Notes: a model not told the origin generated them from the sequence alone. A DNA stretch of 64,000 bases from Bacillota bacterium (GCA_050261675.1 JBLNDO010000055.1:2701-66700), one strand, 5' to 3'; positions 37,894-49,787 are shown, counted from the stretch's first letter. Numbers and translations are program-made.

Positions 37894-39960
37894 ATGCTCG
37901 CCATCCCGGAAGCGAAAGGAAAACCCTGGCTCATGCTCGGCTTAGCGCTTGCCGTTCTCATGTCGCTGTGGACGCTGATTCGGCTCATCCGACAGGAATA
38001 TTTCGCTGCCTTGCCGCTCTATGGTTTGACAGCGTTCTTGCTGCCCGCGGTTCTTACCTGCATCGCCGGATGGGTCCTGCCCGCCCGGATTGCGCGCGGT
38101 TTCGTGGTGACCGCCCTGCTGGGTTTCGCGGTGTTCGTGGTCGGTCCCGCTGCGGTAATCGCCGTCTCCTTGATGTCGCTCGCCGCGCTATCCTTCGGCG
38201 GGTTGATGGGGCGAGTGGGCGGACTCTCGGGAGAAGGCCTGTTGCCCGCATTGCTAGAGTTAGCGCTCGGGCTCTCCGCCCTCGTGCTTTTGCTCACCGT
38301 GGCTGGCCACTTTCCGGTGAACCGGCCATTCGTTTACGCCTCTGCGCTGCTCGCATTCACGGTCTTCGGATGGAAGGGGTTGCGGGTCCGCGTCGCCGCG
38401 CTGGGGAGCTGGTTCAACGACCCCGATCCCGTGCCATTCAAGACATGGCTCGGTGCCAGTTTGCTGATTGGATCCGTGGCACTGAACATTTGTTATGCGA
38501 GCCTGATTGGCTTCACGCCCGACACACTGGTCATGCATCTCTACGTCGCCAGCTATACGGAAACCTTCAGCCAATGGTCGTACGACTTCCATAAGTACGT
38601 CTCGGCCCTAGAGCCCATGGGATCCGATCTCTTGTTCGGGGTGGCTTATCAGCTGAGCGACACCCTGGGCGCACAGCTGTTGAACGCAGCTTGTTCGGTA
38701 AGCACCGCTGGTCTTCTCTATTCGGTATGCCGGCGCCGTATACAAACCTTCGATGCATTGCTCGCCGCAGCAGCCTGGCTGTGCATCTCGTACATCCTTT
38801 ACCTTTCCGGTTCCCTCCATGCCGAGGGCCTGCTCACGTTGCTCCTATTCGCTGCCTTTATCCACCTCGAGAGCTTAGGCGATGGCGAAACACAGGCCTG
38901 GAGGGCGGGGCTTGTCGCGGGACTGTTCAGCGCCGCCGCCTTGTCCGTTAAGATGCTCGCGCTCATCATGGCTCCGGCGTTCGCGTTATTAGTGCTACTC
39001 ACGCTTGCGCCCCGGCGCGGCCGTGTCTGGACGACCAAATTCCTGACGATAGCCGCTGTCGTCGTGATCGTGGGAGGCGGACTCCAATACGCGTACGCCT
39101 ACGTCGAGACCGGGAACCCGGTTTTCTTTTTCTATAACGGCGTCTTCCACTCACCCTACTTCCAACCAATAAATTTCGTCGACGACCACTGGACGGGGCA
39201 ATACGGTTGGAACCTGCCCTTCGGCCTCACTTTCAACACTCAACATTATTCCGAGACTGGTGCGGGAAGCGCCGGCCTGCAGTGGTTCATGCTCCTGCCC
39301 TCCGCGCTCCTGTGCCTGCCGCTCAGAGACTCCGTTCAAGCTCGCCGTTACGGTTTCGCGGGACTGTGGTTCGCGGCAGTGGTACTCGCTCCGGAGCAAT
39401 ACCTGCGCTACCTCCTGCCTGCGTTACCGTTCCTGGCGGTGCTTCTGGCAGAACTTGGGGCACAACCCGGACGCTTGCCGAAGATGCTGCACCGCACCTG
39501 CATGCTGGCAGCGCTCGGCTTCAACCTGACAGCAATGCAAAGCGCGTTGCTGCGCTTCTCCGACCTGCCGGCGGAGCAGGTTTTTCGCAAAGACACACGC
39601 AGCGCCTACTTGCTGCAAGAGGCGCCAGAAGTGGCTGCAAACCTTCTGATAAACAGCTTGGAAAAACAGCCTGTAAACGTGTTGTACATATCGCACGCCT
39701 GGGGCGCGGAACTCCGCGGCACCGCTTACTATCAGAATTGGTACAACCCCGCCTTGAATGTCGCGTTCACACACCTGAATGACCCGGAGGACCTAGGTCC
39801 GATTCTCACCGCGAACCACATCCGGTACATAGTGCTGAATCCCGACTTCAAACACACAATCAAAGCGGACGAGGCGCTCGCCTATTGCCGGGCGCACTGC
39901 GAGAAGGTCGCGAACCTGGGCTCGGCTACCCTCTACCGGGTGTCTGGCACCTTACCCTGA
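37894..39960 (+). CDS. GT-C-like multi-pass membrane protein, paralog of 28895-31375
   Basis: Shared blocks TGNPVFFFYNGVFHSPY, PEQYLRY and AELRGTAYYQNWYNP; lower GC. Confidence 0.75.
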   Translation: MLAIPEAKGKPWLMLGLALAVLMSLWTLIRLIRQEYFAALPLYGLTAFLLPAVLTCIAGWVLPARIARGFVVTALLGFAVFVVGPAAVIAVSLMSLAALSFGGLMGRVGGLSGEGLLPALLELALGLSALVLLLTVAGHFPVNRPFVYASALLAFTVFGWKGLRVRVAALGSWFNDPDPVPFKTWLGASLLIGSVALNICYASLIGFTPDTLVMHLYVASYTETFSQWSYDFHKYVSALEPMGSDLLFGVAYQLSDTLGAQLLNAACSVSTAGLLYSVCRRRIQTFDALLAAAAWLCISYILYLSGSLHAEGLLTLLLFAAFIHLESLGDGETQAWRAGLVAGLFSAAALSVKMLALIMAPAFALLVLLTLAPRRGRVWTTKFLTIAAVVVIVGGGLQYAYAYVETGNPVFFFYNGVFHSPYFQPINFVDDHWTGQYGWNLPFGLTFNTQHYSETGAGSAGLQWFMLLPSALLCLPLRDSVQARRYGFAGLWFAAVVLAPEQYLRYLLPALPFLAVLLAELGAQPGRLPKMLHRTCMLAALGFNLTAMQSALLRFSDLPAEQVFRKDTRSAYLLQEAPEVAANLLINSLEKQPVNVLYISHAWGAELRGTAYYQNWYNPALNVAFTHLNDPEDLGPILTANHIRYIVLNPDFKHTIKADEALAYCRAHCEKVANLGSATLYRVSGTLP

Positions 39961-40446
39961 AGTGAACCCAGGCAGCCCCACAGCAACCAAGCCTGTCCTG
40001 ACTCCCGAAAATTCCTCCCAGTGCCGTGCGTAGGTCTTACCGGTCTGCGGGTGGCGGCGGTTCGGATCGAGGTCTGCAAGGGGCTTCAGCACGAAGGCGT
40101 ATTTCAGGATCTCGGGCCGCGGGAGCCGGGGCGCATCGCTCACGCGCTCGCCGTAGAGCAAGAGATCCAGGTCCAGGGTGCGGGGAGCGAAACGCGCGGC
40201 GCCGCGCTCGCGCCCGCAGTGAAGCTCGATGGCGTCCAGGGCATCGTTGAGTTCCGGCACGCCCAGGCCGGTCTCGAAGGCCGCCACGCCGTTGAGGAAG
40301 TCCTCGCCCTCGAAGCCCATGGCCGGGTTGCGGTAGAAGGGGGAAAGCCGCAAGGCTCCGAACCGGGCACGCAGCAGCTCCACCGCCCGTCGCACGTGCT
40401 TCTCCGGCTCCACATTGGAACCGATGCCGACGAAGACCTCGGTCAT
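39952..40446 (-). CDS. folK: 2-amino-4-hydroxy-6-hydroxymethyldihydropteridine diphosphokinase
   Basis: GIGSN, FLN and PRTLDLDLLLYG motifs. Confidence 0.93.
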   Translation of the reverse strand: MTEVFVGIGSNVEPEKHVRRAVELLRARFGALRLSPFYRNPAMGFEGEDFLNGVAAFETGLGVPELNDALDAIELHCGRERGAARFAPRTLDLDLLLYGERVSDAPRLPRPEILKYAFVLKPLADLDPNRRHPQTGKTYARHWEEFSGVRTGLVAVGLPGFTSG

Positions 40447-40447
40447 G

Positions 40448-40804
40448 TCAGCTTTTTTCGCCGCGTTCGATGATGACGCCGACGGATTTCGATCCGCTCA
40501 CGGCGCCCGGCTTGTTGAGGCTGACCTTGATCCAGCGCACCTTGAATTCCTTCATCACGAGCTCGGCGACTTTTTCCGCCAGGGTCTCCACGAGTCCGAA
40601 CTCGGCGCCGGCGACATAGTGGCTGACGCGCTTGGCCACCGCCTTGTAGTCCAGCGTGTCCTCGATCCTGTCGCTCTTCGCGGCCTTCGTGACATCCCAC
40701 GCCATCTCCAGGTCCAGGACCACGTGCTGGCGGATGCGCCGCTCCCAGTCGTAGATGCCGACGACGGTGTCGACCTTGAGTTCGCGGATGAAAACGATGT
40801 CCAT
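40448..40804 (-). CDS. folB: Dihydroneopterin aldolase
   Basis: GIYDWER, LDYK, LVETLAE and KPGA motifs. Confidence 0.95.
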   Translation of the reverse strand: MDIVFIRELKVDTVVGIYDWERRIRQHVVLDLEMAWDVTKAAKSDRIEDTLDYKAVAKRVSHYVAGAEFGLVETLAEKVAELVMKEFKVRWIKVSLNKPGAVSGSKSVGVIIERGEKS

Positions 40805-40814
40805 ACCTGAGACC

Positions 40815-41822
40815 TCAGGGTGCGGTGAGCGAATCGAGGGCCCAGCGGGCGGTGACCTGGGCGTCCTTCGATCCGCCGGACTTCAGGCGCATGGCGCCTG
40901 CGTAGGCGATCATGGCGCCGTTGTCGGTGCAGAATTCCGCGCGGGGATAGAACACCTCGCCGCCGAGGGCCGCGACCCGCTCCTTCAACTGCGCCCGCAG
41001 GCGCTGGTTGGCGCCCACGCCGCCCGCCACCACCAGGCGCCGGTGGCCGGTCTCCTTCAGCGCGCGCTCGCACTTGATGCACAAGGTATCCACCACCGCC
41101 TCCTCGAAGGCGCGGGCCACGTCGGCACGGGTCTGCGCGTCGTCCGGCAGGGACTTGAGCAGCACCAGCACCGCGGTCTTGAGTCCGCTGAAGCTGAAAT
41201 CGAGGCCGGGCCGGTCGGTCATGGGCCGAGGGAGTGAATATTTTCCGGGACGGCCCTGCTCCGCGAGCTTGGCGAGGGCCGGACCGCCGGGATAGGGGAG
41301 CTTCAGGAGCTTCGCCACCTTGTCGAAGGCTTCGCCGGCGGCGTCGTCGATGGATTCCCCTAGGGTGCGGTAGCGCCCCACCCCTTGCACTTCCACCAGC
41401 AGGCTGTGGCCGCCGGAGACTAGCAGCGCCACGAAGGGGAACGCCGGTTTCGGGTCCTCCAGCATGGGCGCCAGGAGATGGCCTTCCATGTGGTGCACGC
41501 CGAGGGACGGCACGCCCCAGGCATAGGCCAGGGACCGGGCAAGGCAGGCTCCCACCAAGAGGGCCCCCACCAGCCCGGGTCCCGCGGTGTACGCGATGCC
41601 GTCCACCTGCCCGGCCTCCGTGCCGGCATCCTTCAGGGCCTTCTCGACCATGGGGAGAAGCTTCTGGACGTGGTCCCGGGAGGCCAATTCCGGCACTACC
41701 CCGCCGTACTCGGCGTGGAGCTTCACCTGGCTATAGAGGGCATGGGACAGCAGCCCCCGGGCGCTGTCGTAGACGGCCACCCCGGTCTCGTCACAGGAGG
41801 TTTCTATGCCAAGGACTCGCAT
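40815..41822 (-). CDS. tsaD: tRNA N6-adenosine threonylcarbamoyltransferase
   Basis: [26 protein letters not shown] and CTDNGAMIA motifs. Confidence 0.97.
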   Translation of the reverse strand: MRVLGIETSCDETGVAVYDSARGLLSHALYSQVKLHAEYGGVVPELASRDHVQKLLPMVEKALKDAGTEAGQVDGIAYTAGPGLVGALLVGACLARSLAYAWGVPSLGVHHMEGHLLAPMLEDPKPAFPFVALLVSGGHSLLVEVQGVGRYRTLGESIDDAAGEAFDKVAKLLKLPYPGGPALAKLAEQGRPGKYSLPRPMTDRPGLDFSFSGLKTAVLVLLKSLPDDAQTRADVARAFEEAVVDTLCIKCERALKETGHRRLVVAGGVGANQRLRAQLKERVAALGGEVFYPRAEFCTDNGAMIAYAGAMRLKSGGSKDAQVTARWALDSLTAP

Positions 41823-41848
41823 TTTTCGGGGGTTCTGGGGGTCGGACT

Positions 41849-41877
41849 TTGCAATTCTACACGCCGGTCAGTACAAT
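41849..41877 (+). promoter_or_regulatory. Sigma-70 promoter of the rpsU operon
   Basis: TTGCAA-N17-TACAAT. Confidence 0.7.
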
Positions 41878-41934
41878 TCCGCCCCTTTGCGGGGTCCCTA
41901 AGCCCCTGAAAACCCTAAATTAAGGTACTTGCGA

Positions 41935-42150
41935 ATGCCCAGCGTACGCGTGAAGGAAAACGAGCATTTCGACGCCGCCCTCCGGCGCTTCAAGCGCGCC
42001 TGCGAGAAGGCCGGTGTGATGACCGAGCTGCGCCGCCGCGAGTTCTACGAGAAGCCGACCCAGGAGCGCAAGCGCAAGCAGGCCGCGGCCGTGAAGCGCC
42101 ACATGAAGAAGCTCTCGCGCGAACAAGCCCGTCGCACGCGCCTGTACTGA
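41935..42150 (+). CDS. rpsU: 30S ribosomal protein S21
   Basis: [27 protein letters not shown]...RREFYEKP. Confidence 0.98.
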   Translation: MPSVRVKENEHFDAALRRFKRACEKAGVMTELRRREFYEKPTQERKRKQAAAVKRHMKKLSREQARRTRLY

Positions 42151-42178
42151 TCCGGTCTTCCGGTTCCCTATCCAAGAC

Positions 42179-42212
42179 ACGGCGCTTCCGAAAGAAAGCG
42201 CCGTTTCTTTTT
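42179..42212 (+). terminator. Terminator/attenuator after rpsU
   Basis: Stem acggcgctt/aagcgccgt followed by ttctttt. Confidence 0.7.
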
Positions 42213-42235
42213 CCACTGTTGATTGAGGTGCATCC

Positions 42236-42682
42236 ATGGCTCTGAAAGAACAGATCACCAATGACATGAAAGAGTCCATGAAGTCCGGCCAAAAGGACCG
42301 GCTCGCCGTCATCCGCCTCATCCTCGCCGCCATCAAGCAGAAGGAAGTGGACGAGCGCATCACGCTCGATGACTCCCAGGTGCTCTCGGTGCTGGACAAG
42401 ATGCTGAAGCAGCGCCGCGAGTCCGTGGCCCAGTTCCAGCAGGGCGGGCGCCAGGACCTGGTGGACAAGGAGAACGCCGAGATCAAGGTGATCCAGGGCT
42501 ACATGCCGGCGCAGCTCTCGGAGGCCGAGCTGGACCAGCTCATCGCCGCCGCCGTGGCCGAGACCGGCGCCGCCACCGTCAAGGACATGGGCAAGATCAT
42601 GGGTGTGCTCAAGCCCAAGGTGGCCGGCAAGGCCGACATGGGTGCGGTCAGCGCGAGGATCAAGTCCAAGCTGGGCGGCTGA
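42236..42682 (+). CDS. GatB/YqeY domain protein
   Basis: KQRRES, YMPAQLS and DMGKIMG motifs. Confidence 0.93.
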   Translation: MALKEQITNDMKESMKSGQKDRLAVIRLILAAIKQKEVDERITLDDSQVLSVLDKMLKQRRESVAQFQQGGRQDLVDKENAEIKVIQGYMPAQLSEAELDQLIAAAVAETGAATVKDMGKIMGVLKPKVAGKADMGAVSARIKSKLGG

Positions 42683-42719
42683 GACGGCGCGCCCGCGCCC
42701 GTCGTCTATCCTTTAGACC

Positions 42720-44480
42720 ATGCCCAGAATTCCGCAGCCATTCATCGAAGAGCTGCTCAGCCGAGCCGACATCGTCGCGCTCATCGATTCCCGCGTGCCC
42801 CTGAAGAAGCAGGGCCGGGAATACGCCGCCTGCTGCCCCTTCCACAACGAGAAAAGCCCGTCGTTCTTCGTGAGCCCCGCGAAGCAGTTCTATCACTGCT
42901 TCGGCTGCGGCGCCCACGGCACCGCCCTCTCCTTCCTCATGGAATACGACCACATGGAGTTCCGCGAGGCGGTGCAGACGCTCGCGGATCTGACCGGCAT
43001 GGAGGTGCCGGTGGAACAGGGCGAAGACCGGGGCAGCAGCCTGGCGCCGCTCTTCGAGGTGCTGGACAAGGCGGCCGGCTATTACCGCGATCAGCTCAAG
43101 GAATCCCAGGTGGCCATCGATTACCTGAAGGGCCGGGGCCTCACGGGCGAGATCGCCAAGGAATTCGGCTTGGGCTTCGTCCCCGGCGGCTGGGACAACC
43201 TGCTGAAGGCGGTGGGCAAGGACGAGGCGGCGGTGAAGGCCCTCCTGGGCGCCGGCATGCTCATCGAGAAGGAAGGCGAACACCGCTACCACGATCGCTT
43301 CCGGGAGCGGGTCATGTTCCCCATCAAGGACACCCGCGGCCGCATCATCGGTTTCGGCGGTCGCGTGCTTGGCAAAGGCGAACCGAAATACCTGAATTCC
43401 CCGGAGACGGCGCTGTTCCACAAGGGCCGGGAACTCTACGGCCTTTACGAGGCCCGCCAGGCTCTGCGCGATATTCCGAGATTGCTCGTGGTGGAGGGCT
43501 ACATGGACGTGGTGGCGCTCGCCCAATACGGCGTGCGCTACGCGGTCGCGACCCTCGGTACCTCCACCACCGAAGAACACCTGAAGAAACTCTTCCGGGT
43601 GGCGCCGGAAGTGGTGTTCTGTTTCGACGGCGACCGGGCCGGCCGCGCCGCCGCCTGGCGCGCTCTCGAAAATGCCTTGCCGGAAGCCCAAGACGGCCGG
43701 CAGATCCGTTTCCTGTTCCTGCCGGAGGGCGAGGACCCGGACACCCTGGTCCGAAAGGAAGGGAAAGATGCTTTCGAGCAGCGCGTCATAAAGGACGCTC
43801 TGCCCCTGTCTGCCTATCTGCTCGATAGCCTCGAGGCCGAAACCGACATGCGAACGCCGGACGGCCGGGCCCGTCTCGTGAACCTGGCCACCCCCCACCT
43901 GAACCGCCTGCCCAAGGGCGTGTTCCGGGACATGCTGCGGAACGAACTGGCCCGTCGCGCCCAGGTGGATTCCGGAAAGTTGACTATGCTTAACCAGAGC
44001 CCGGGGGCCAAAGAGGCCGGGACCCCCAAGACCCCCGGGAGACCGCAGTTGAACAGCCCGGTGCGCAAGGCCATCGGCTACGTGCTCTATCGGCCGGCCC
44101 TGGCTGGCTTGGCGGGCGACCCCCGCGCCTTGAGCGGCGAGCCGGGCCTAGTGATGCTCCGGGAATTGCTGGAATTCGCCCAGGGGCACCCCCATATCAA
44201 TGGAGCGGCCATCCTGGAGCACTGGCGGGACACGGAGACCGGGGGCCATCTGGAGAAGCTGGCCCAGGCAGAGATCGTGACTCCGGATGAGGCCCTGGAA
44301 TCGGAGTTCCGGGCCCTGATGGCGGACCTCCTGGCCCGCCGGCCGGCGGAACAGCGGCGGGATGAGCTCATTGCCGAATCCCGCAAGAGGGCCCTAAACG
44401 CCGCCGAAAACGAGGAATTGAAGCGGCTCCTGGAGGATTTGGCCCGGAAACCGCGTGCGGATAGTGCCAAAAGCAGTTGA
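42720..44480 (+). CDS. dnaG: DNA primase
   Basis: CPFH zinc finger, KYLNSPET, VEGYMDV and FDGDRAG motifs. Confidence 0.97.
   Translation: MPRIPQPFIEELLSRADIVALIDSRVPLKKQGREYAACCPFHNEKSPSFFVSPAKQFYHCFGCGAHGTALSFLMEYDHMEFREAVQTLADLTGMEVPVEQGEDRGSSLAPLFEVLDKAAGYYRDQLKESQVAIDYLKGRGLTGEIAKEFGLGFVPGGWDNLLKAVGKDEAAVKALLGAGMLIEKEGEHRYHDRFRERVMFPIKDTRGRIIGFGGRVLGKGEPKYLNSPETALFHKGRELYGLYEARQALRDIPRLLVVEGYMDVVALAQYGVRYAVATLGTSTTEEHLKKLFRVAPEVVFCFDGDRAGRAAAWRALENALPEAQDGRQIRFLFLPEGEDPDTLVRKEGKDAFEQRVIKDALPLSAYLLDSLEAETDMRTPDGRARLVNLATPHLNRLPKGVFRDMLRNELARRAQVDSGKLTMLNQSPGAKEAGTPKTPGRPQLNSPVRKAIGYVLYRPALAGLAGDPRALSGEPGLVMLRELLEFAQGHPHINGAAILEHWRDTETGGHLEKLAQAEIVTPDEALESEFRALMADLLARRPAEQRRDELIAESRKRALNAAENEELKRLLEDLARKPRADSAKSS
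44169..44197 (+). promoter_or_regulatory. Sigma-32-like promoter inside dnaG, for rpoD
   Basis: CTGGAA-N15-CCCCATAT; analogous to the heat-shock rpoD promoter within dnaG of enterics. Confidence 0.5.
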
Positions 44481-44578
44481 TTTACCTGGAAAAAACCGAG
44501 ATTTCTGATAAACTAGAGCGTTTCACTCCGGCTCTTGGTCTGACATAAGGCTTAAGGGCCCCGGTACCGCGAGACACC

Positions 44579-46510
<1,932 letters not shown>

Positions 46511-46532
46511 AAAGCGGAAGTTTGAAGCAAAT

Positions 46533-46560
46533 AAAAAGGCCGCCTTCGGGCGGCCTTTTT
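46533..46560. terminator. Bidirectional intrinsic terminator
   Basis: aaaaaggccgcc-ttcg-ggcggccttttt. Confidence 0.9.
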
Positions 46561-46562
46561 AT

Positions 46563-47462
46563 TTATCGCATCACCCAGTGGGTGACTTTGTGTTCCTTCA
46601 GGAATTTCTCGGCACCCTTACCCTGCAGGATCGCCAAGGTCGAGAGCAGGCCCGCCTGGGTGCAGCTGGACTCCAGCACCGTCACCGAGCGCGGCGCGTC
46701 CTTCACCGGCCAACCGTCGCGCGGGTCCAGGATATGACCGTAGCGCACCCCGTCCTTCAACAGGAAACGGCGCGCGTCGCCGCTGGTGGTGACGCCGCCG
46801 CGCTTCAGTTCGATGCGCGGTGCGAGATCGCCGGGGACGGCGCTCTCGATGGCCACGGTCCAGGGTGCGCCGTCGCGGCGCGCGCCGCTGGCGTAGATAT
46901 CGCCGCCGAAGTTGATCAGCAAGGGCGCGCCGCCCGCCTGGACCGCGAGCTCCGCGGCCCGATCCACGGCGTATTCCTTGCCGATGCCGCCGAAGTCGAT
47001 CTCCATGCCCGGCAGGAGCTTCAGGCTCGGGTTCCTCCATTCCACCTTGCCCCAGCCCACGAGCTTCAGGACCTCGCGCACCGCCTGCGGGCGCGGCAGA
47101 CGGTCGCTGCCGTCGAACCGCCACACCCGGCGCAGCACGCCGGAGGTCAGGTCGAACAGTCCATCGCTCATCTCCCAGCACTGAGCGGCGAAATCCAGGA
47201 GCCGCGCCGTCTCCCCGTCCACTTCCACGGGACGGCCTTCGGCGTGGTTGATGGCGTGGACCAGGTTGTCGTCGCGGTAACGGCTGTACTTCTTCTCGAT
47301 GCGCCAGGCTTCGGCGGCGGCGGCCGAGGCGGCCCGGCGCGCGCTCATTTCGTCGGGCGTGTCCACCAGCACTTCGCAAGGACAGGCCATGGCGCTGAAG
47401 CGGCCGCGCCAAAACTCGCCATCGCGCGCCACTTCGAGCCCCGCTGGCAGCCCGGCGGCCAC
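46563..47462 (-). CDS. apbE: FAD:protein FMN transferase (ApbE family), no obvious signal peptide
   Basis: FDLTSG, IDFGGIGKEYAVD, NFGGD, TSGD and HILDPRDG motifs. Confidence 0.92.
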   Translation of the reverse strand: MAAGLPAGLEVARDGEFWRGRFSAMACPCEVLVDTPDEMSARRAASAAAAEAWRIEKKYSRYRDDNLVHAINHAEGRPVEVDGETARLLDFAAQCWEMSDGLFDLTSGVLRRVWRFDGSDRLPRPQAVREVLKLVGWGKVEWRNPSLKLLPGMEIDFGGIGKEYAVDRAAELAVQAGGAPLLINFGGDIYASGARRDGAPWTVAIESAVPGDLAPRIELKRGGVTTSGDARRFLLKDGVRYGHILDPRDGWPVKDAPRSVTVLESSCTQAGLLSTLAILQGKGAEKFLKEHKVTHWVMR

Positions 47463-47463
47463 G

Positions 47464-48765
47464 TCAGAAGCTGTAGTCGATCTGCACGATGTTGGCGGAC
47501 AGACCCGGGAACAGGTCGTAGTGCTGCTGCTCGCCGATATTCACGTGCGGGTCGCTGCCGCCGCCCTGGCTGTAGTGCTCGAGGCGCAGGCTCAAGACCT
47601 GCCCGCCGTTGAAGCGGGTGCCGTACTCCACACCCACGGTGCGGGCCGTGAACGCCGACAGCCGGTAATCGGCACTCACGAACTGCGGCACAGTGTCGGA
47701 GTCCAGGAGGCCCCGGTGGTAGAAATCCGCGGCGCTCTGCCGGTACCAGCGCAGGTGCGGCTGCAGGTAATGCCCTTTGCCGAAGCTCCAGCGGTAGCGC
47801 AACTCCACGGTGTTGGAATGGATGTCCCAGTCATCCCAACTGTAACGGTAGGAGAGGTCCAGCACGTCGCCATCCAGGTAGACCTTGTGCTGCATGAACA
47901 GCGCTTTCTCATGGCGCGTGTCGGGGCGGTTCTCGTAGATCGAGGCGATGGGCTCGCCGATGGGCGGCCCGAAGATACCGATGCCGCCGACCGGGCTGCC
48001 CCCACCCAGGTGGGTATTGAGGATGGAGACGACCTTGTAGGGGTCGTTCATGTAGCCCTCGGAGAAGCCGTAGGACAGGTTCAGCTTCATGACCCAGTCG
48101 TGACTCATGACCTGGGTGAGCCCCAGCAAGGCTCCCTTCACGATCTTGGTGCGGTCGGCGGCGATGGGCGCCGCCTGGGGTGCGAAGCTCAGGGGCTGGG
48201 GGATGCCGCCGATGGGATAGACGTCGTCGTACTCGTAGAACAACCCGGCCGAGAGGGTGGTGTTGTGCCGGTCGAAATCCCGAGCGAACAGCGTGTTGGC
48301 GCCCAGGGACTTGAAGTCGTGCTCGATGGAATAGTTGGCGCCGGCGTCCCAGCTCCAGACTTGCGCGAAGGGCTGGGACCAGGTGGCGCTCACCGCCTTG
48401 CGCAGGTCGTGGAAATTCGGGTCCACCGGCGTGGTGCCTGCAGTCTGGGTGCCGCTGCTGTTGCCGGAGGCCCCGGTCACCGTCTGGGACTTGCTGGAGG
48501 GCATGGCGCCCGTGGGCGTCGCGCCGGTCAGGGAATCCACGGCGAAATTGAGCTTGAGCTTCGCGGCGTCCGCAAACTCACGCACGGCCAGCAGGTCCGG
48601 TTCCTTGGCCGTGATGCCATCCACCTCGGTGTAATACAGAAGCCCCGCATCGAAGTTCCAGTCCCCGGTATCGGCGTGGGCATGCTGGGCGGTGCCCAGG
48701 AGCGCGCAGCTCGAGACCAGGAGGCTGCGCTTCAGACCGCGGCGGCGCTTGCGCTTCAGTTGCAT
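47464..48765 (-). CDS. DUF3570-like outer-membrane beta-barrel with a flavinylation-type motif
   Basis: Signal peptide, VDSLTGAT, GYMNDPY, ENRPDTR, SADYRL and C-terminal YSF. Confidence 0.82.
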   Translation of the reverse strand: MQLKRKRRRGLKRSLLVSSCALLGTAQHAHADTGDWNFDAGLLYYTEVDGITAKEPDLLAVREFADAAKLKLNFAVDSLTGATPTGAMPSSKSQTVTGASGNSSGTQTAGTTPVDPNFHDLRKAVSATWSQPFAQVWSWDAGANYSIEHDFKSLGANTLFARDFDRHNTTLSAGLFYEYDDVYPIGGIPQPLSFAPQAAPIAADRTKIVKGALLGLTQVMSHDWVMKLNLSYGFSEGYMNDPYKVVSILNTHLGGGSPVGGIGIFGPPIGEPIASIYENRPDTRHEKALFMQHKVYLDGDVLDLSYRYSWDDWDIHSNTVELRYRWSFGKGHYLQPHLRWYRQSAADFYHRGLLDSDTVPQFVSADYRLSAFTARTVGVEYGTRFNGGQVLSLRLEHYSQGGGSDPHVNIGEQQHYDLFPGLSANIVQIDYSF

Positions 48766-48974
48766 CCGCAACCTCCGCCGGCGAAGTCACGCCCGCCGAC
48801 CACCGCCTCCTTGGAGAAATAGATGTGGTCATCGTAGGCGAGCGTCACAGGCTCGCAATCGAAGGCCATCTCGGGCTTGGCGAGGTTGCCCTTCTGCCAG
48901 GGCTGCACGTCGGCGCAACCACCCAGGGCCGCCGCGGCGAGCAAGGCGAGCAGCGCCGTTCTCAGGATCTTCAT
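48756..48974 (-). CDS. DUF4266-like small lipoprotein
   Basis: Lipobox LGGC; VQPWQKGNLA; C-terminal GGGCGCN. Confidence 0.85.
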   Translation of the reverse strand: MKILRTALLALLAAAALGGCADVQPWQKGNLAKPEMAFDCEPVTLAYDDHIYFSKEAVVGGRDFAGGGCGCN

Positions 48975-49005
48975 GATGATCTCCCTCTTCAATCCGGTCG
49001 AAATT

Positions 49006-49446
49006 CTAGGGTTCGCCCAGGGCGGTACGGATCTCGGCCTCGAATTGTGCCGGCGAAGTGTCGAAGAAACCCTCGTGTTTCTTGATGACCGTGCCGTCCC
49101 TTCCGATGAGGAAGGAACTGGGCATGCCGATGAGCCGGTACCGCTCCGCGAGCTTGCCCTGGCTATCGTAAATGACGGTGAAGTCCGCCGGCACGTCCTT
49201 CAGGAACTTGTCCGCGTCCGCGCGTTGCTCGTCCAGGTTCACGGCCACGATGACCAGGCCATCGCCGGCATATTTCTGTTCCATGGCATCCATCCACGGG
49301 AAGGACTGGCGGCAGGGTTTGCACCAAGAGGCCCAGAAATCCAGGTACACCACCTTGCCCTTGTATTGATTCAGGTCCAGGTCGGGCGCGGCGGTATAGG
49401 CGGGCAATAGCCAGAAGAACAGGCATAGCGCGGCAATGAGACGCAT
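49006..49446 (-). CDS. TlpA/ResA-like thioredoxin
   Basis: DFWASWCKPCR and GMPSSFLI motifs. Confidence 0.92.
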   Translation of the reverse strand: MRLIAALCLFFWLLPAYTAAPDLDLNQYKGKVVYLDFWASWCKPCRQSFPWMDAMEQKYAGDGLVIVAVNLDEQRADADKFLKDVPADFTVIYDSQGKLAERYRLIGMPSSFLIGRDGTVIKKHEGFFDTSPAQFEAEIRTALGEP

Positions 49447-49603
49447 GGAACCCCGCGAAGTGTTGACCGGTGAGCGCATTCTTAGGGTCTCTAAAGGGCT
49501 TTGATGCAGCAGGTGGATAGTGAAAAGATGCGATTTGTTCCAATCAGCACCGACAACCCATGACGAAGCCGAGTTCAACGGCTAAAATTTACCCGCCGAA
49601 TAT

Positions 49604-49679
<76 letters not shown>

Positions 49680-49771
49680 CATAAGCACTTCGTCGAACCA
49701 ATATCAGTTCACCCATCCTTTCCCTTGTCCCGCCGCGCTCCCGGCGCGGCGCTCACGGCTTCGCCGTTCGC

Positions 49772-49787
49772 CCTGGCAGGCCCACCA
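49772..49787 (+). repeat. Exact 16-bp duplicate of the tRNA 3' end (att-like)
   Basis: cctggcaggcccacca is identical to 49664-49679. Confidence 0.85.
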
